Source: Candidatus Sulfomarinibacter sp.
GTDB lineage: Bacteria > Acidobacteriota > Thermoanaerobaculia > Thermoanaerobaculales > Sulfomarinibacteraceae
Direction of reading: 5' to 3'
Assembly (NCBI GenBank): GCA_041560205.1
Contig: JBFFBV010000015.1
Span: 1,571 to 65,570 of the forward strand
DNA length: 64,000 nt
Position 1 is the stretch's first letter; the number at the start of each line of letters is the position of its first letter. Below the pieces are notes generated by a model that saw only the letters and a program-made list of their open reading frames with translations, did not search any database and had not been told where the DNA came from. The position numbers and the translations under genes are program-made. Positions 1 through 8,176 of this stretch are shown piece by piece.

Positions 1-614
1 TCGATGCCAAGGGGGTCTGTCTCGGTGCAGTGCCGCTCAAGCTTCCCGTACCCGGGCTAACCTCGTCGCTGGTCGAGGATCTCAACGGATCGCGGTTCGA
101 GCCGGCGACTGCGGGCACCGCGCCCCAACCCTCGTGGGTGGTGCTCGATATCGGCATCGAGGGTCGGATCAAGGAGGCGGCGGTCGTCGACCAGAACCTC
201 TTCATGCCCGATCCCGAGCGCCCGCCCGTGCCCTCGGAACCCGTCGCCATGAATCCGCCCGGCAGTCTTCGGAATCTCAAGGCGACGCCGCATGCCCAGC
301 TGAGCAAGCTTCCTGTTCCACGGCGGATCAAGGTCAACGCTCCGGGACGAGACGACGAGATCCCGATCCGCGCTCTGGTCCACATCACCGAGAGCGGACG
401 TTGCGATCGATACGTTCCCCTCGAGCTGTACGAGGGCATCGACAGGTGGTTTTCGGCTTTTCTCGCGACCTGGCGGGTGGAACCCGCAACACGGAACGGC
501 GAACCGGTCGCCTCCTGGGTGGTGTACTCGGCTCGGGTGAGACTGAGGCTCTCCGGCTTTTCGTCCACTACCGCAAAGGTGGTGCGTGAGCGCGAATACA
601 CGCCGGTCCAGTAG
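1..614 (+). CDS. TonB_C-like domain protein, 5' end outside window
   Basis: The frame of ORF 30..614 stays open back to the window edge, so the N-terminus is probably missing. The C-terminal WRVEPATRNGEPVASWVVYSARVRLRL resembles the last strands of TonB C-terminal domains (compare TonB at 53515..54237). Family call by eye only. Confidence 0.45.
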   Translation, partial: DAKGVCLGAVPLKLPVPGLTSSLVEDLNGSRFEPATAGTAPQPSWVVLDIGIEGRIKEAAVVDQNLFMPDPERPPVPSEPVAMNPPGSLRNLKATPHAQLSKLPVPRRIKVNAPGRDDEIPIRALVHITESGRCDRYVPLELYEGIDRWFSAFLATWRVEPATRNGEPVASWVVYSARVRLRLSGFSSTTAKVVREREYTPVQ

Positions 615-647
615 CTCACACGAGCGTCGTTGTCTCTCCTTCGACCA

Positions 648-2558
648 TCAAGCCTTGCGACGGATGATCTTGCGTCGATTCCCGGCCCGGACGGTCACGC
701 GCTCCGAGTCGAGCCATTCGAGCGCTGGGATGGCGAGCTTTCGGGTAAGACCGAACTTCTGCTTGAAGTCGCCGACCGCGAACTCGTCGACCTCCCAGTC
801 GCGGACCTTTCGCGCCACGTCATCCATCAGGGCGCGGTGAACGAGGTACTTGCCCTCGAGCCGCACCAATCGACGGCGCTGGATCAGGTATCGGCAGATG
901 CCCTCCACCGTCGCCGGCTTGGCTCCGAGTCGCTCGGCGGCCTCCCCGGGCGATGGCGCCCCGAAACCCTCCTCCCGGTAGAGCGCCTCGACCTTCCTCG
1001 TCAGCGCCTCGCCGGCCTCGGTCATGTGACTCTCTTTGCCCGCCGGCACGACCCGCCCTTCCGACAGCTCGAGAACGCCTCGGCCCCGCAGCTCCTCGAG
1101 GTACAGGTCGGCAAGATTCATGGCCGACCGGGGCAGGATCTGGCCGACGAAATCGCGCGCTGGAATTCCGGCTGAAACCTCTTCTCCCGCCAAGCGTCGA
1201 TTCAGCTCTCCGGCCGCGTCCTTGGCGAGCTGTTCGATCCGTGGCATCGCCACAAAGACCGTGGGTCGCGTCGGCAGGGCGAAGATCGTCGCGTTTTCCA
1301 ACAGACGTCCGAGGGGGGCCTCGACGGTCTCGGTGGAAACACCCAGACGACCGGCCATTTGGGAAACGCTGAGGCCCGCCAGACCGGCCCGATCGATCCA
1401 CGCCGAGAGCAGTTCGGGCCGTTCGCCGACCTGAACGCCCGGCAGGCGGTCGAGGGCGGCACTGTCGCGGCGACGCCATCGACGCAGCCGAGCATCGAGG
1501 ACCATCCCCCCGGCAAAGGTGTTGACGGGCGCCGGTCGGCGGAGGACGAGACGGTCGCCCGGAAACAGGAGCATCGGCTCCCGCAACGAAATCTGGGCGG
1601 TTGCGTGGTGACCGGGGGCAAGCGGCCGGTCGGACAGCCGATCGACCCGTGCCGCGACTCGCGACGCCAGGGCGTGGACCTCGACCTCGTCGCCCTCGTC
1701 CAAGGGGCCGGGCGCCGCCGCCAGGAGCTCGAGTTTCACGGTGGCGAGCTGTGTCGTCTCCCACGGGCCAGGGGTGATGACCTGATCCCCCCGACTGATG
1801 TCCCCTCGAGAGATGCCCGCGAAATTGATGGCCACCCGTTCACCCGCTTCGACGCGTTGCCTTGCCTCGCCGTGAACATGAAGGCGCCGTACCCGCGCGG
1901 TCGCGCCTCGCGGAAAGATGGCCAGGTCCTCACCCACCGCGGCCTCCCCCCACAGCGAGGTCCCGGTGATGACGGTGCCGGCGCCGGTGAGACTGAAGAC
2001 CCGGTCGACCGGTTCGCGAAAAGGCCGTCCGGCAATTTGTCGCGGGCGGGCGTCTCGTGCCTGATCGAGCAGGACCCTGCGAAGCTCTTGGAGGCCGACC
2101 CCGGTCTGTGCCGACACCGGCATCACGGGCACGCCCGCGAATGCGGTCGGCGCCAGCAGCTCTCGGATCTCCTCGGCGACCAGCTCGACGAGGTCGTCAT
2201 CCATGAGATCGACCTTGGTCAGCGCCACCGCCCCGCCCGGCACGCCCATCAATCGGATGACATCGAGATGCTCCCGCGTCTGCGGCATCACGCCTTCGTC
2301 CGCGGCGACCACCAGGAGGGCGAGGTCGATCCCGGATGCACCCGCGATCATCGTGTGGACGAGTCGTTCGTGGCCGGGGACATCGACAAAGTGGAGCTGC
2401 ATCTCCGCATCTGTGAGCTCGGCGAAACCGAGATCGATGGTGATGCCGCGCTCCTGTTCCTCGGGCAGGCGATCGCAGTCGGTTCCCGTGAGCGCCTTGA
2501 CGAGGGTGGTCTTCCCGTGGTCGATGTGACCGGCCGTGCCCCAGACAACGTGCCGCAT
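648..2558 (-). CDS. selB: Selenocysteine-specific translation elongation factor SelB
   Basis: 636 aa from ATG at 2558. GTPase motifs GHIDHGKTT (G1), DVPGHERL (G3) and TKVD (G4), then a roughly 400-aa C-terminal extension as in SelB rather than EF-Tu. The ORF-track extension to 3086 is Ser/Arg-rich and overlaps the CYTH gene on the other strand. Confidence 0.9.
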   Translation of the reverse strand: MRHVVWGTAGHIDHGKTTLVKALTGTDCDRLPEEQERGITIDLGFAELTDAEMQLHFVDVPGHERLVHTMIAGASGIDLALLVVAADEGVMPQTREHLDVIRLMGVPGGAVALTKVDLMDDDLVELVAEEIRELLAPTAFAGVPVMPVSAQTGVGLQELRRVLLDQARDARPRQIAGRPFREPVDRVFSLTGAGTVITGTSLWGEAAVGEDLAIFPRGATARVRRLHVHGEARQRVEAGERVAINFAGISRGDISRGDQVITPGPWETTQLATVKLELLAAAPGPLDEGDEVEVHALASRVAARVDRLSDRPLAPGHHATAQISLREPMLLFPGDRLVLRRPAPVNTFAGGMVLDARLRRWRRRDSAALDRLPGVQVGERPELLSAWIDRAGLAGLSVSQMAGRLGVSTETVEAPLGRLLENATIFALPTRPTVFVAMPRIEQLAKDAAGELNRRLAGEEVSAGIPARDFVGQILPRSAMNLADLYLEELRGRGVLELSEGRVVPAGKESHMTEAGEALTRKVEALYREEGFGAPSPGEAAERLGAKPATVEGICRYLIQRRRLVRLEGKYLVHRALMDDVARKVRDWEVDEFAVGDFKQKFGLTRKLAIPALEWLDSERVTVRAGNRRKIIRRKA

Positions 2559-2625
2559 CCGCTCATGGTACACGGTCCTCTCGGTGTATCTGGCACGAGT
2601 CGTTGGACCCATATAAGCTCTGGAG

Positions 2626-3192
2626 GTGGCCACGAGACCTCTCGAGACCGAGCTCAAGATCCCGGTACGCGATCTGGAAGCGATCCGCGCGGCGTTGCAC
2701 GAGGCGCAGGCGATCGCCGTGCAGTCTATGGCTCGTGAGGTCAATCTTCTCCTGGACTCCGAGGACCGCCGTGTGACGGCTGGCGGATTCGTGCTCCGCC
2801 TGCGCGAGCACGGCGACAGGAAGCTCCTCACCTTCAAAGGACCGGCGACCTTCGATGGCGCCATCAAGCAACGGCCCGAGTACGAGACCGAGATCGGCGA
2901 TCTGCCACGCATGCTGACGATCCTCGAGCACCTCGGTTTCAAGGTCTTCCTGAGGTATGAAAAGGACCGCGAGGAGTGGCTCCTCGGGCGGGTCTCGATC
3001 CTTCTCGACCACACGCCGATGGGGGATTTCGTCGAGGTGGAAGGGCCCACAGAGGACCTCGAGCGGACCGTCCGCGTGCTCGGCATCGAGGTGGGGGAGC
3101 CGGTGCGCGGCTCGTATATCAGCCTTTGGCAGGAGCATCGGGAGGCTCATCCCGAGCTCGAACTCCCTGCCGACATGGTCTTTCCCGAATGA
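2626..3192 (+). CDS. CYTH-domain protein (class IV adenylyl cyclase / triphosphatase family)
   Basis: 188 aa with GTG start. N-terminal ETELK matches the EXEXK signature of CYTH domains. Size fits CyaB/ThTPase-like proteins. Confidence 0.75.
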   Translation: MATRPLETELKIPVRDLEAIRAALHEAQAIAVQSMAREVNLLLDSEDRRVTAGGFVLRLREHGDRKLLTFKGPATFDGAIKQRPEYETEIGDLPRMLTILEHLGFKVFLRYEKDREEWLLGRVSILLDHTPMGDFVEVEGPTEDLERTVRVLGIEVGEPVRGSYISLWQEHREAHPELELPADMVFPE

Positions 3193-4151
3193 GGGACTGC
3201 GGATTCCACACGGCCATGGTCCTCGCGGCGGGCCGCGGCGTACGGATGCTTCCGCTCACCTCGGTCCTGCCCAAGCCCGCTCTGCCGCTGCCCGACGATC
3301 CACTGGTCGCATCGGCTCTGCAGCTTGCCGCTTCCGCCGGGGCGTGCCGCATCGTCGTCAATGTCCACCACCTCGCCGAGCGCATGGTCGAAGTGGTGGC
3401 CGCAGTCACCATCGACGGGGTGGAGATCGTGGTGTCGCGTGAGGACGAGTTGATGGGCACTGCGGGCGGCCTCGCCGTTGCCCGGGATCGAGGTTTGCTC
3501 GGTGAGGCGGGGCCGGTGCTCGTGATCAACGGCGACGGCTGCTTCGGTCTCGATCTCCGGAAGCTCGGCGACCGCCACAACGCAGGCGACGACCTCGTGA
3601 CACTCGCCCTGCAACCTCACCCCGACCCCACACGATGGTCACGGGTGACGCTCGACGCTTCCGGCGGTGTCGAGGCGATCCGGCGCGCCGGTCGCCCCGA
3701 TCCCGACGAAGCTCCTTTGCTCTACCCGGGGGTGATGGCGGTGGCGCGCGAGGCCCTCGAAGTGCTTTCGCCGACGCTCTCCGAGACTCCCGCTGCGCTC
3801 TGGCAGCCCGCTCTGGCGGCCCGCCGACTGGGTGGGGCGGTCGTCACCGGCGACTGGCGTGAGGTCGGGACTCCGACAGACTATCTCGAGGTTGTGCTGG
3901 ACCAGTTGGCCGGAGCGTCCGTGGTCGATCCTGCGGCCGAAGTCGGCAGGAACGCGGAAGTGTCCGCCTCCATGGTCGGACGGGGGGCGGTCGTCGGCGA
4001 CGGGACGGTGATCGAGTCGTCCGTCGTCTCCGACGGTGCGGTGATCGGCGAGGGCGCACGGGTCACCCGCTCGGTCCTCCTTGGAAATGTCAGGGTGGGC
4101 CCCGGCGAGATCGTCACCGACTCAGTGCAGGCCAAAGCCTCGTCGCGTTGA
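3189..4151 (+). CDS. Sugar-phosphate nucleotidyltransferase with C-terminal left-handed beta-helix
   Basis: ATG 3189 overlaps the upstream stop (ATGA). LAAGRGVRMLPLT is the nucleotide-binding loop of sugar-1-P nucleotidyltransferases. The C-terminus has hexapeptide-like repeats (VGRNAEVSASMVGRGAVVGDGTVIESSVVSDGAVIGEGARV). Confidence 0.8.
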   Translation: MRDCGFHTAMVLAAGRGVRMLPLTSVLPKPALPLPDDPLVASALQLAASAGACRIVVNVHHLAERMVEVVAAVTIDGVEIVVSREDELMGTAGGLAVARDRGLLGEAGPVLVINGDGCFGLDLRKLGDRHNAGDDLVTLALQPHPDPTRWSRVTLDASGGVEAIRRAGRPDPDEAPLLYPGVMAVAREALEVLSPTLSETPAALWQPALAARRLGGAVVTGDWREVGTPTDYLEVVLDQLAGASVVDPAAEVGRNAEVSASMVGRGAVVGDGTVIESSVVSDGAVIGEGARVTRSVLLGNVRVGPGEIVTDSVQAKASSR

Positions 4152-4164
4152 CCGTACACCACTC

Positions 4165-4242
4165 AGTGCACGCCCGTCTCCATCTCGGTCTTCGAATGAT
4201 CTCCACCATCGGGCACTGATACGGAGACGGGCGCGGGCACTG
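4165..4242. terminator. Long imperfect hairpin between convergent genes (candidate bidirectional terminator)
   Basis: cgcccgtctcc (4171-4181) pairs with ggagacgggcg (4223-4233), flanked by cagtgc/gcactg. It lies in the 92-nt gap between convergent stops at 4151 and 4244. There is no U-tract, so the call is weak. Confidence 0.3.
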
Positions 4243-4243
4243 G

Positions 4244-4864
4244 TCACAGCCCTTCCGGACGCCACTCCGACCACCCCGATCTCCACACCCGCGAGATCAC
4301 CCGGCCGGTGCCACCGTAGATTCTCAAAACGCGCATCCGCGCGCGGTGGTCCGTGAGGTAGATCGAGGCGGGCGTTGCTGTGCTTCGCGGCGTGAAGGTG
4401 ATGATGTCCCCGCGACCGGCGCGAACGGGATCGTCAAGGTTGCCTCGCAGTCGTCCCCTCCCGGATGGGTCGGGCACGAACTCCTTTTTGAGGATCCCGA
4501 GTCCCGCACCACCGGCCTCGAAGTGCAGTACCTCACCGATCACTGGATCGACCAGGCGCCGGATGTCTCGCCGCCGGATTCCATCGCCGTCACCGTCGGC
4601 GGCGATGAAGCACCGCCACGATCCGTCATTGCCTCGCTCGAAAACGACCGCTGTCGCTCGCGCATTCATCACCGCATAGGCCCGGCATCTGAAGAGCAGG
4701 CCCTTGAGCTGACTCGTTGCCGCACCGAGAGCCGCCGCGCGCCGAATCTCTCCGAGGTCCGGAAGAGCGGCGGTGACGATGATCGCGACCACGGCCACCA
4801 CGAGCACGATCTCGAGCACCGACATACCGCATGTGCCGGTTGAACACACCAGGGTTGATCTCAT
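4244..4864 (-). CDS. Type IV pilin-like minor pseudopilin (GspH/FimT-like)
   Basis: Prepilin-peptidase motif G|MSVLE (Glu at +5) followed by the hydrophobic helix IVLVVAVVAIIVTAALP. ATG 4864 is preceded by GGGAGG. Confidence 0.7.
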   Translation of the reverse strand: MRSTLVCSTGTCGMSVLEIVLVVAVVAIIVTAALPDLGEIRRAAALGAATSQLKGLLFRCRAYAVMNARATAVVFERGNDGSWRCFIAADGDGDGIRRRDIRRLVDPVIGEVLHFEAGGAGLGILKKEFVPDPSGRGRLRGNLDDPVRAGRGDIITFTPRSTATPASIYLTDHRARMRVLRIYGGTGRVISRVWRSGWSEWRPEGL

Positions 4865-4874
4865 ACGACCTCCC

Positions 4875-4901
4875 AATAAAAACGCGGCCCCGAAGGGCCG
4901 C
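4875..4901 (-). terminator. Rho-independent terminator after comEA
   Basis: The minus strand reads GCGGCCC-TTCG-GGGCCGC followed by GTTTTTATT. It sits about 75 nt after the comEA stop and immediately before the pseudopilin RBS. Confidence 0.6.
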
Positions 4902-4976
4902 ATCCCGTCCACGCTGTGGTTGCTCGCCCGAGTCGTGACGCGACCTGCGACACCAAACCCGGACGAAGGTTGAACA

Positions 4977-5327
4977 TCAGTCGACGGCGTTCCCGCCGCC
5001 GGTCGAACGCGGAAGCTTGACCTTTTCGCTCAGGGTCGTCGCGCCACTGGTCACGATGAAGGGCTCGAGCTTTTCGAACGAGCTCTCTCCGATGCCCTTG
5101 ACCGCCACGATCTCGTCGACCGACCTGAAAGGCCCATTCGCCTCGCGAAACTCGATGATCCGCCCAGCGAGGGCCGGGCCAACCCGGGGCAGCAGCTGAA
5201 GCTGCTCCGGCGAGGCGGTGTTGATGTTGACCACCCCCGCAGCCGGCTGCGAGCCTTCGACGGCCCCGATAGCTGCGAATATGGTCATCACCACGATGGC
5301 GACTGGTAGCAATGTCTGGTGCTGCAT
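4977..5327 (-). CDS. comEA: ComEA-type helix-hairpin-helix DNA-binding protein
   Basis: 116 aa. An N-terminal anchor helix is followed by NINTASPEQLQLLPRVGPALAGRIIEFREANGPFRSVDEIVAVKGIG, a tandem HhH typical of ComEA. Confidence 0.8.
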   Translation of the reverse strand: MQHQTLLPVAIVVMTIFAAIGAVEGSQPAAGVVNINTASPEQLQLLPRVGPALAGRIIEFREANGPFRSVDEIVAVKGIGESSFEKLEPFIVTSGATTLSEKVKLPRSTGGGNAVD

Positions 5328-5640
5328 GTGTCCTTCCTTTCGTGTTCGGTGATCGATGGGGCTCCGGGCCGTGTTTTAAACATCCATGGCATCCTCCTCT
5401 CGCTCGCGGCCCGGAAAAGCAGCACCCGTGCCAACCGATGGCAGATCCCGAAATATATTATTTTTCATTTATTTAAGTCACAGATCGACAACTGGACATG
5501 CTGCCACCTGACAGATTTCTCTTACACCACTCCTCAGAACTCAAGCAGAGCTGCCGTCATAATTTTCTGTCGCTGTCGGGCTGCTATACTCCCGCGATGC
5601 TCCGATCGACGACCAAGCATCGAGAATTGGAAAGCTGAGC

Positions 5641-6255
5641 GTGGCGCACGAGCTGGCGCTGCTGGTTTCGGGTGGCTCGGGCTGCGAGCTGGCCGTGCGT
5701 TTCGCCGTCGAGGCGCTGGAAACGGCCCGGGTCGACACCCTCCATCTGGTGGTGACCGGCGCCGCCGGCAAGGTCCTATCTCACGAGCTCGGACCGGAGT
5801 GGGCCAGTGCGAGGGGATTTCGCGACCAGCTGCCGTTGAGCGACGATCAACGGGAGAGGATCCGCCCCTACACCGACTCGGATCTGGCCGCGCCCATTGC
5901 ATCCGGTTCGCACCGCGTCAGCGGTGTGATCCTGCTCCCGTGCTCGGCTGGGATGGTCGGCTCGCTGGCAAATGGCATCTCGAGGGGGCTCGCGCAACGA
6001 GTCGCCGACGTCGCGCTCAAACAGCGATGGCCGCTGCTGGTTGGGATCCGGGAAACCCCGATGTCCGAGATTCTGCTCGAAAACCTCCTCAAGCTGGCGC
6101 GGGCTGGTGCCCATATCGTGCCGCCGCTGCCAGCCTTCTATCTCAAACCCGATGCGTCGACCGCCCAGCGGACCTTCATCGATCACTACTGCATGCGCCT
6201 CTTGGACCTTTTGGGTCTCCGTTCGAGGGACGCCGGCTTGCGATGGCAGGGTTGA
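5641..6255 (+). CDS. ubiX: UbiX-family flavin prenyltransferase
   Basis: 204 aa with GTG start. LVVTGAAG, ILLPCSAGMVGSLANG and PLLVGIRETP motifs match the UbiX/Pad1 flavoprotein family. Confidence 0.9.
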   Translation: MAHELALLVSGGSGCELAVRFAVEALETARVDTLHLVVTGAAGKVLSHELGPEWASARGFRDQLPLSDDQRERIRPYTDSDLAAPIASGSHRVSGVILLPCSAGMVGSLANGISRGLAQRVADVALKQRWPLLVGIRETPMSEILLENLLKLARAGAHIVPPLPAFYLKPDASTAQRTFIDHYCMRLLDLLGLRSRDAGLRWQG

Positions 6256-7133
6256 GGGGCGCCGCATCCCGTCTGATCGATGGTCTCCGGGAGACGGGGG
6301 AGATGATCGCGTTCAAGCACAGCGTGTTCGCGCTCCCCTTCGCCGTGATTGCCCTCGTCACCGCTGCCGCGCCAAGCTGGCCGTCGCTGCAGACGTGGGT
6401 GTGGGTGATCGTCGCGATGGTGTGCGCTCGCACCGCCGCGATGGCCTTCAACCGCCTTGCCGACCACCAAATCGACACGGACAACCCGAGAACCGCCGGC
6501 CGGGCCCTGCCCGCAGGGCGTCTCAGCAGGCGTTTTGCGTGGGCGGTGACCGGGGTCGCGGCAGCCGTCTTTCTGGTCGCCGCCGCGGCACTCGACCCGC
6601 TGTGTCTCGCCCTGGCACCGCCCGCGCTGATGATCCTTCTCGGCTACTCCTACGCAAAACGTTTCACCGCGGCGTCCCACCTCTGGCTCGGGCTGGCCCT
6701 CGGCATCGCCCCGGTCGGTGCGTGGATCGCCGTCACAGGCCGTATCGAGTGGCCGGCCGCGGTGCTCGCCGGTTCGGTCGCGTTATGGGTTGCCGGCTTC
6801 GACATCATCTACTCCCTCCAGGACGAGGCCTTCGACCGCTTCAACGCGCTGCATTCTCTCCCCGCGAAGGTCGGCGGAAGGCAAGCTCTCGCTGTCGCCA
6901 GGCTCGTTCACGTTCTCGCCTTCGGCGGCTTTGTGGTCTTCGCCCAGGCTGCCGGGGGCGGTGTGATCCGACTCCTGGCGGTTGTGGCTGCAGGTCTGTT
7001 GCTCGCCTGGCAGCACCGCTTGATCCACGCCGACGATCTGGCATCGGTCGATGCCGCATTCTTCACCGCCAACGGAACCCTGGCCCTGGCGATGTGCGTC
7101 CTCTTCGTGGTGGCCAGAATGACCACGGTGTGA
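6243..7133 (+). CDS. ubiA: UbiA-family aromatic polyprenyltransferase (4-hydroxybenzoate polyprenyltransferase-like; could be menaquinone MqnP-type)
   Basis: ATG 6243 overlaps ubiX by 13 nt. Multi-TM protein. NRLADHQIDTDNPRT is the NxxxDxxxD prenyl-diphosphate motif, and YSLQDEAFD is a second Asp-rich motif. The ORF-track extension back to 5319 is rejected. Confidence 0.85.
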   Translation: MAGLRGAASRLIDGLRETGEMIAFKHSVFALPFAVIALVTAAAPSWPSLQTWVWVIVAMVCARTAAMAFNRLADHQIDTDNPRTAGRALPAGRLSRRFAWAVTGVAAAVFLVAAAALDPLCLALAPPALMILLGYSYAKRFTAASHLWLGLALGIAPVGAWIAVTGRIEWPAAVLAGSVALWVAGFDIIYSLQDEAFDRFNALHSLPAKVGGRQALAVARLVHVLAFGGFVVFAQAAGGGVIRLLAVVAAGLLLAWQHRLIHADDLASVDAAFFTANGTLALAMCVLFVVARMTTV

Positions 7134-7202
7134 AACCGGCCCTGTCTCTTCGACCAGCCGTCCCTGCTAAGATCACCGCAGCCCGATGAGTGGACGCACC
7201 GG

Positions 7203-7859
7203 ATGACGCGCGACAAGATCCCCTTCCGACACATCGCTGTGGAAGGTCCCATCGGTGTCGGCAAGACCTCTCTCGTCGAGTTGTTGGCGAATCGATTCGA
7301 AGGCGTGATGGTGCTCGAGGACATCACCAACCCCTTTCTGCCGGCATTCTACGAGGGGCGCGCAGGAGCGGCCTTCCAGGTCCAGATCTACTTCCTCCTC
7401 TCGCGCTTCCAGCAGCAGCGAGAGATCGCGCAGATGAACCTCTTCCAGCGCCTGGTGCTGGCGGACTACAGCTTTCCGAAGGACCGCATCTTCGCCTACC
7501 TCAATCTCGACGATACGGATCTCCGGGTCTACGAAAAGCTCTACCCCGTGCTCGAGCAGGAGGTCGCGAAACCGGATCTGGTGATCTACATGCAGGCCTC
7601 GGTCGAGGTCCTGCTCAAAAGGATCGAAAAACGCGCCCGTGATTTCGAGCGCACGATCGACCCCGCCTATCTCGAACGGCTGAGCGAGGCCTACTCCTAC
7701 TACTTCTTCCACTATCGCGAAACGCCGCTGCTCGTGGTCAACACCGACGATATCGACTTTGTCGACAACCCCTCCGATTTCGACGCCTTCGTCGAACAGA
7801 TCATGCGCAGCCGACGCGGCACACAAGTCTACGTTCCGGTGGGGTCGAAGCGGACCTAA
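7203..7859 (+). CDS. Deoxynucleoside kinase
   Basis: 218 aa with P-loop EGPIGVGKTS. Overall layout matches the dNK family (dA/dG kinase-like). Confidence 0.85.
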   Translation: MTRDKIPFRHIAVEGPIGVGKTSLVELLANRFEGVMVLEDITNPFLPAFYEGRAGAAFQVQIYFLLSRFQQQREIAQMNLFQRLVLADYSFPKDRIFAYLNLDDTDLRVYEKLYPVLEQEVAKPDLVIYMQASVEVLLKRIEKRARDFERTIDPAYLERLSEAYSYYFFHYRETPLLVVNTDDIDFVDNPSDFDAFVEQIMRSRRGTQVYVPVGSKRT

Positions 7860-7886
7860 GCTCGGCCAACCCACGTTCCCTTTCGA

Positions 7887-7916
7887 TCCCGCTTCCGTTC
7901 CCGATCCCGTTCCCGA
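7887..7916. repeat. Five phased TCCCGN hexamers
   Basis: tcccgc ttccgt tcccga tcccgt tcccga, plus gttccc at 7875-7880. Intergenic. The unit is the same as in the repeat at 10165-10194. Confidence 0.6.
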
Positions 7917-8176
7917 TGTGGACCTCGAATTGCCGGGACCGAGCGGCGGCTGGGTCCAGTTATTGCCTCGGTCATCACGATTCAGACCGCTGATTGACGG
8001 TATCTTTTCGAACCACAGATCGGCCTCGATTCTGGTAGCCGAGCGATGACCGGGCTCGTGGAGCGCTGTGGCTGCGAATCGGATGCGCCGTCGGGAGCGA
8101 GATCGGGAACGATCCGTTCGCGCTTCCGCACACGGAAGCCCTTCGGGTTGCTATAGTCTCCGCCGAAGGAGACCGC

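Noticed and set aside
1359-2738. 459-aa ORF on the + strand
   Set aside because: It is antisense to selB, which has unmistakable GTPase motifs. The translation is Arg/Gly/Pro-rich with no motifs. This is a typical shadow ORF in GC-rich DNA.
2559-3086. N-terminal extension of the selB ORF (812-aa version)
   Set aside because: The extension is a Ser/Arg-rich low-complexity translation and overlaps the well-supported CYTH gene on the opposite strand. The G1 motif begins 9 residues after the internal Met at 2558.
5319-6242. Upstream part of the 604-aa ORF fused to ubiA
   Set aside because: It runs through the AT-rich intergenic region and overlaps ubiX in another frame. Its composition is Arg/Gly/Ala-rich, and the ubiA-like sequence starts only at 6243.
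7960-8140. Possible tRNA (Ser or Sec) upstream of serS, suggested by GCCGAGCG- and TTCGAA-containing stretches
   Set aside because: I could not fold a cloverleaf. The putative T-stem arms are not complementary and no acceptor stem pairs.
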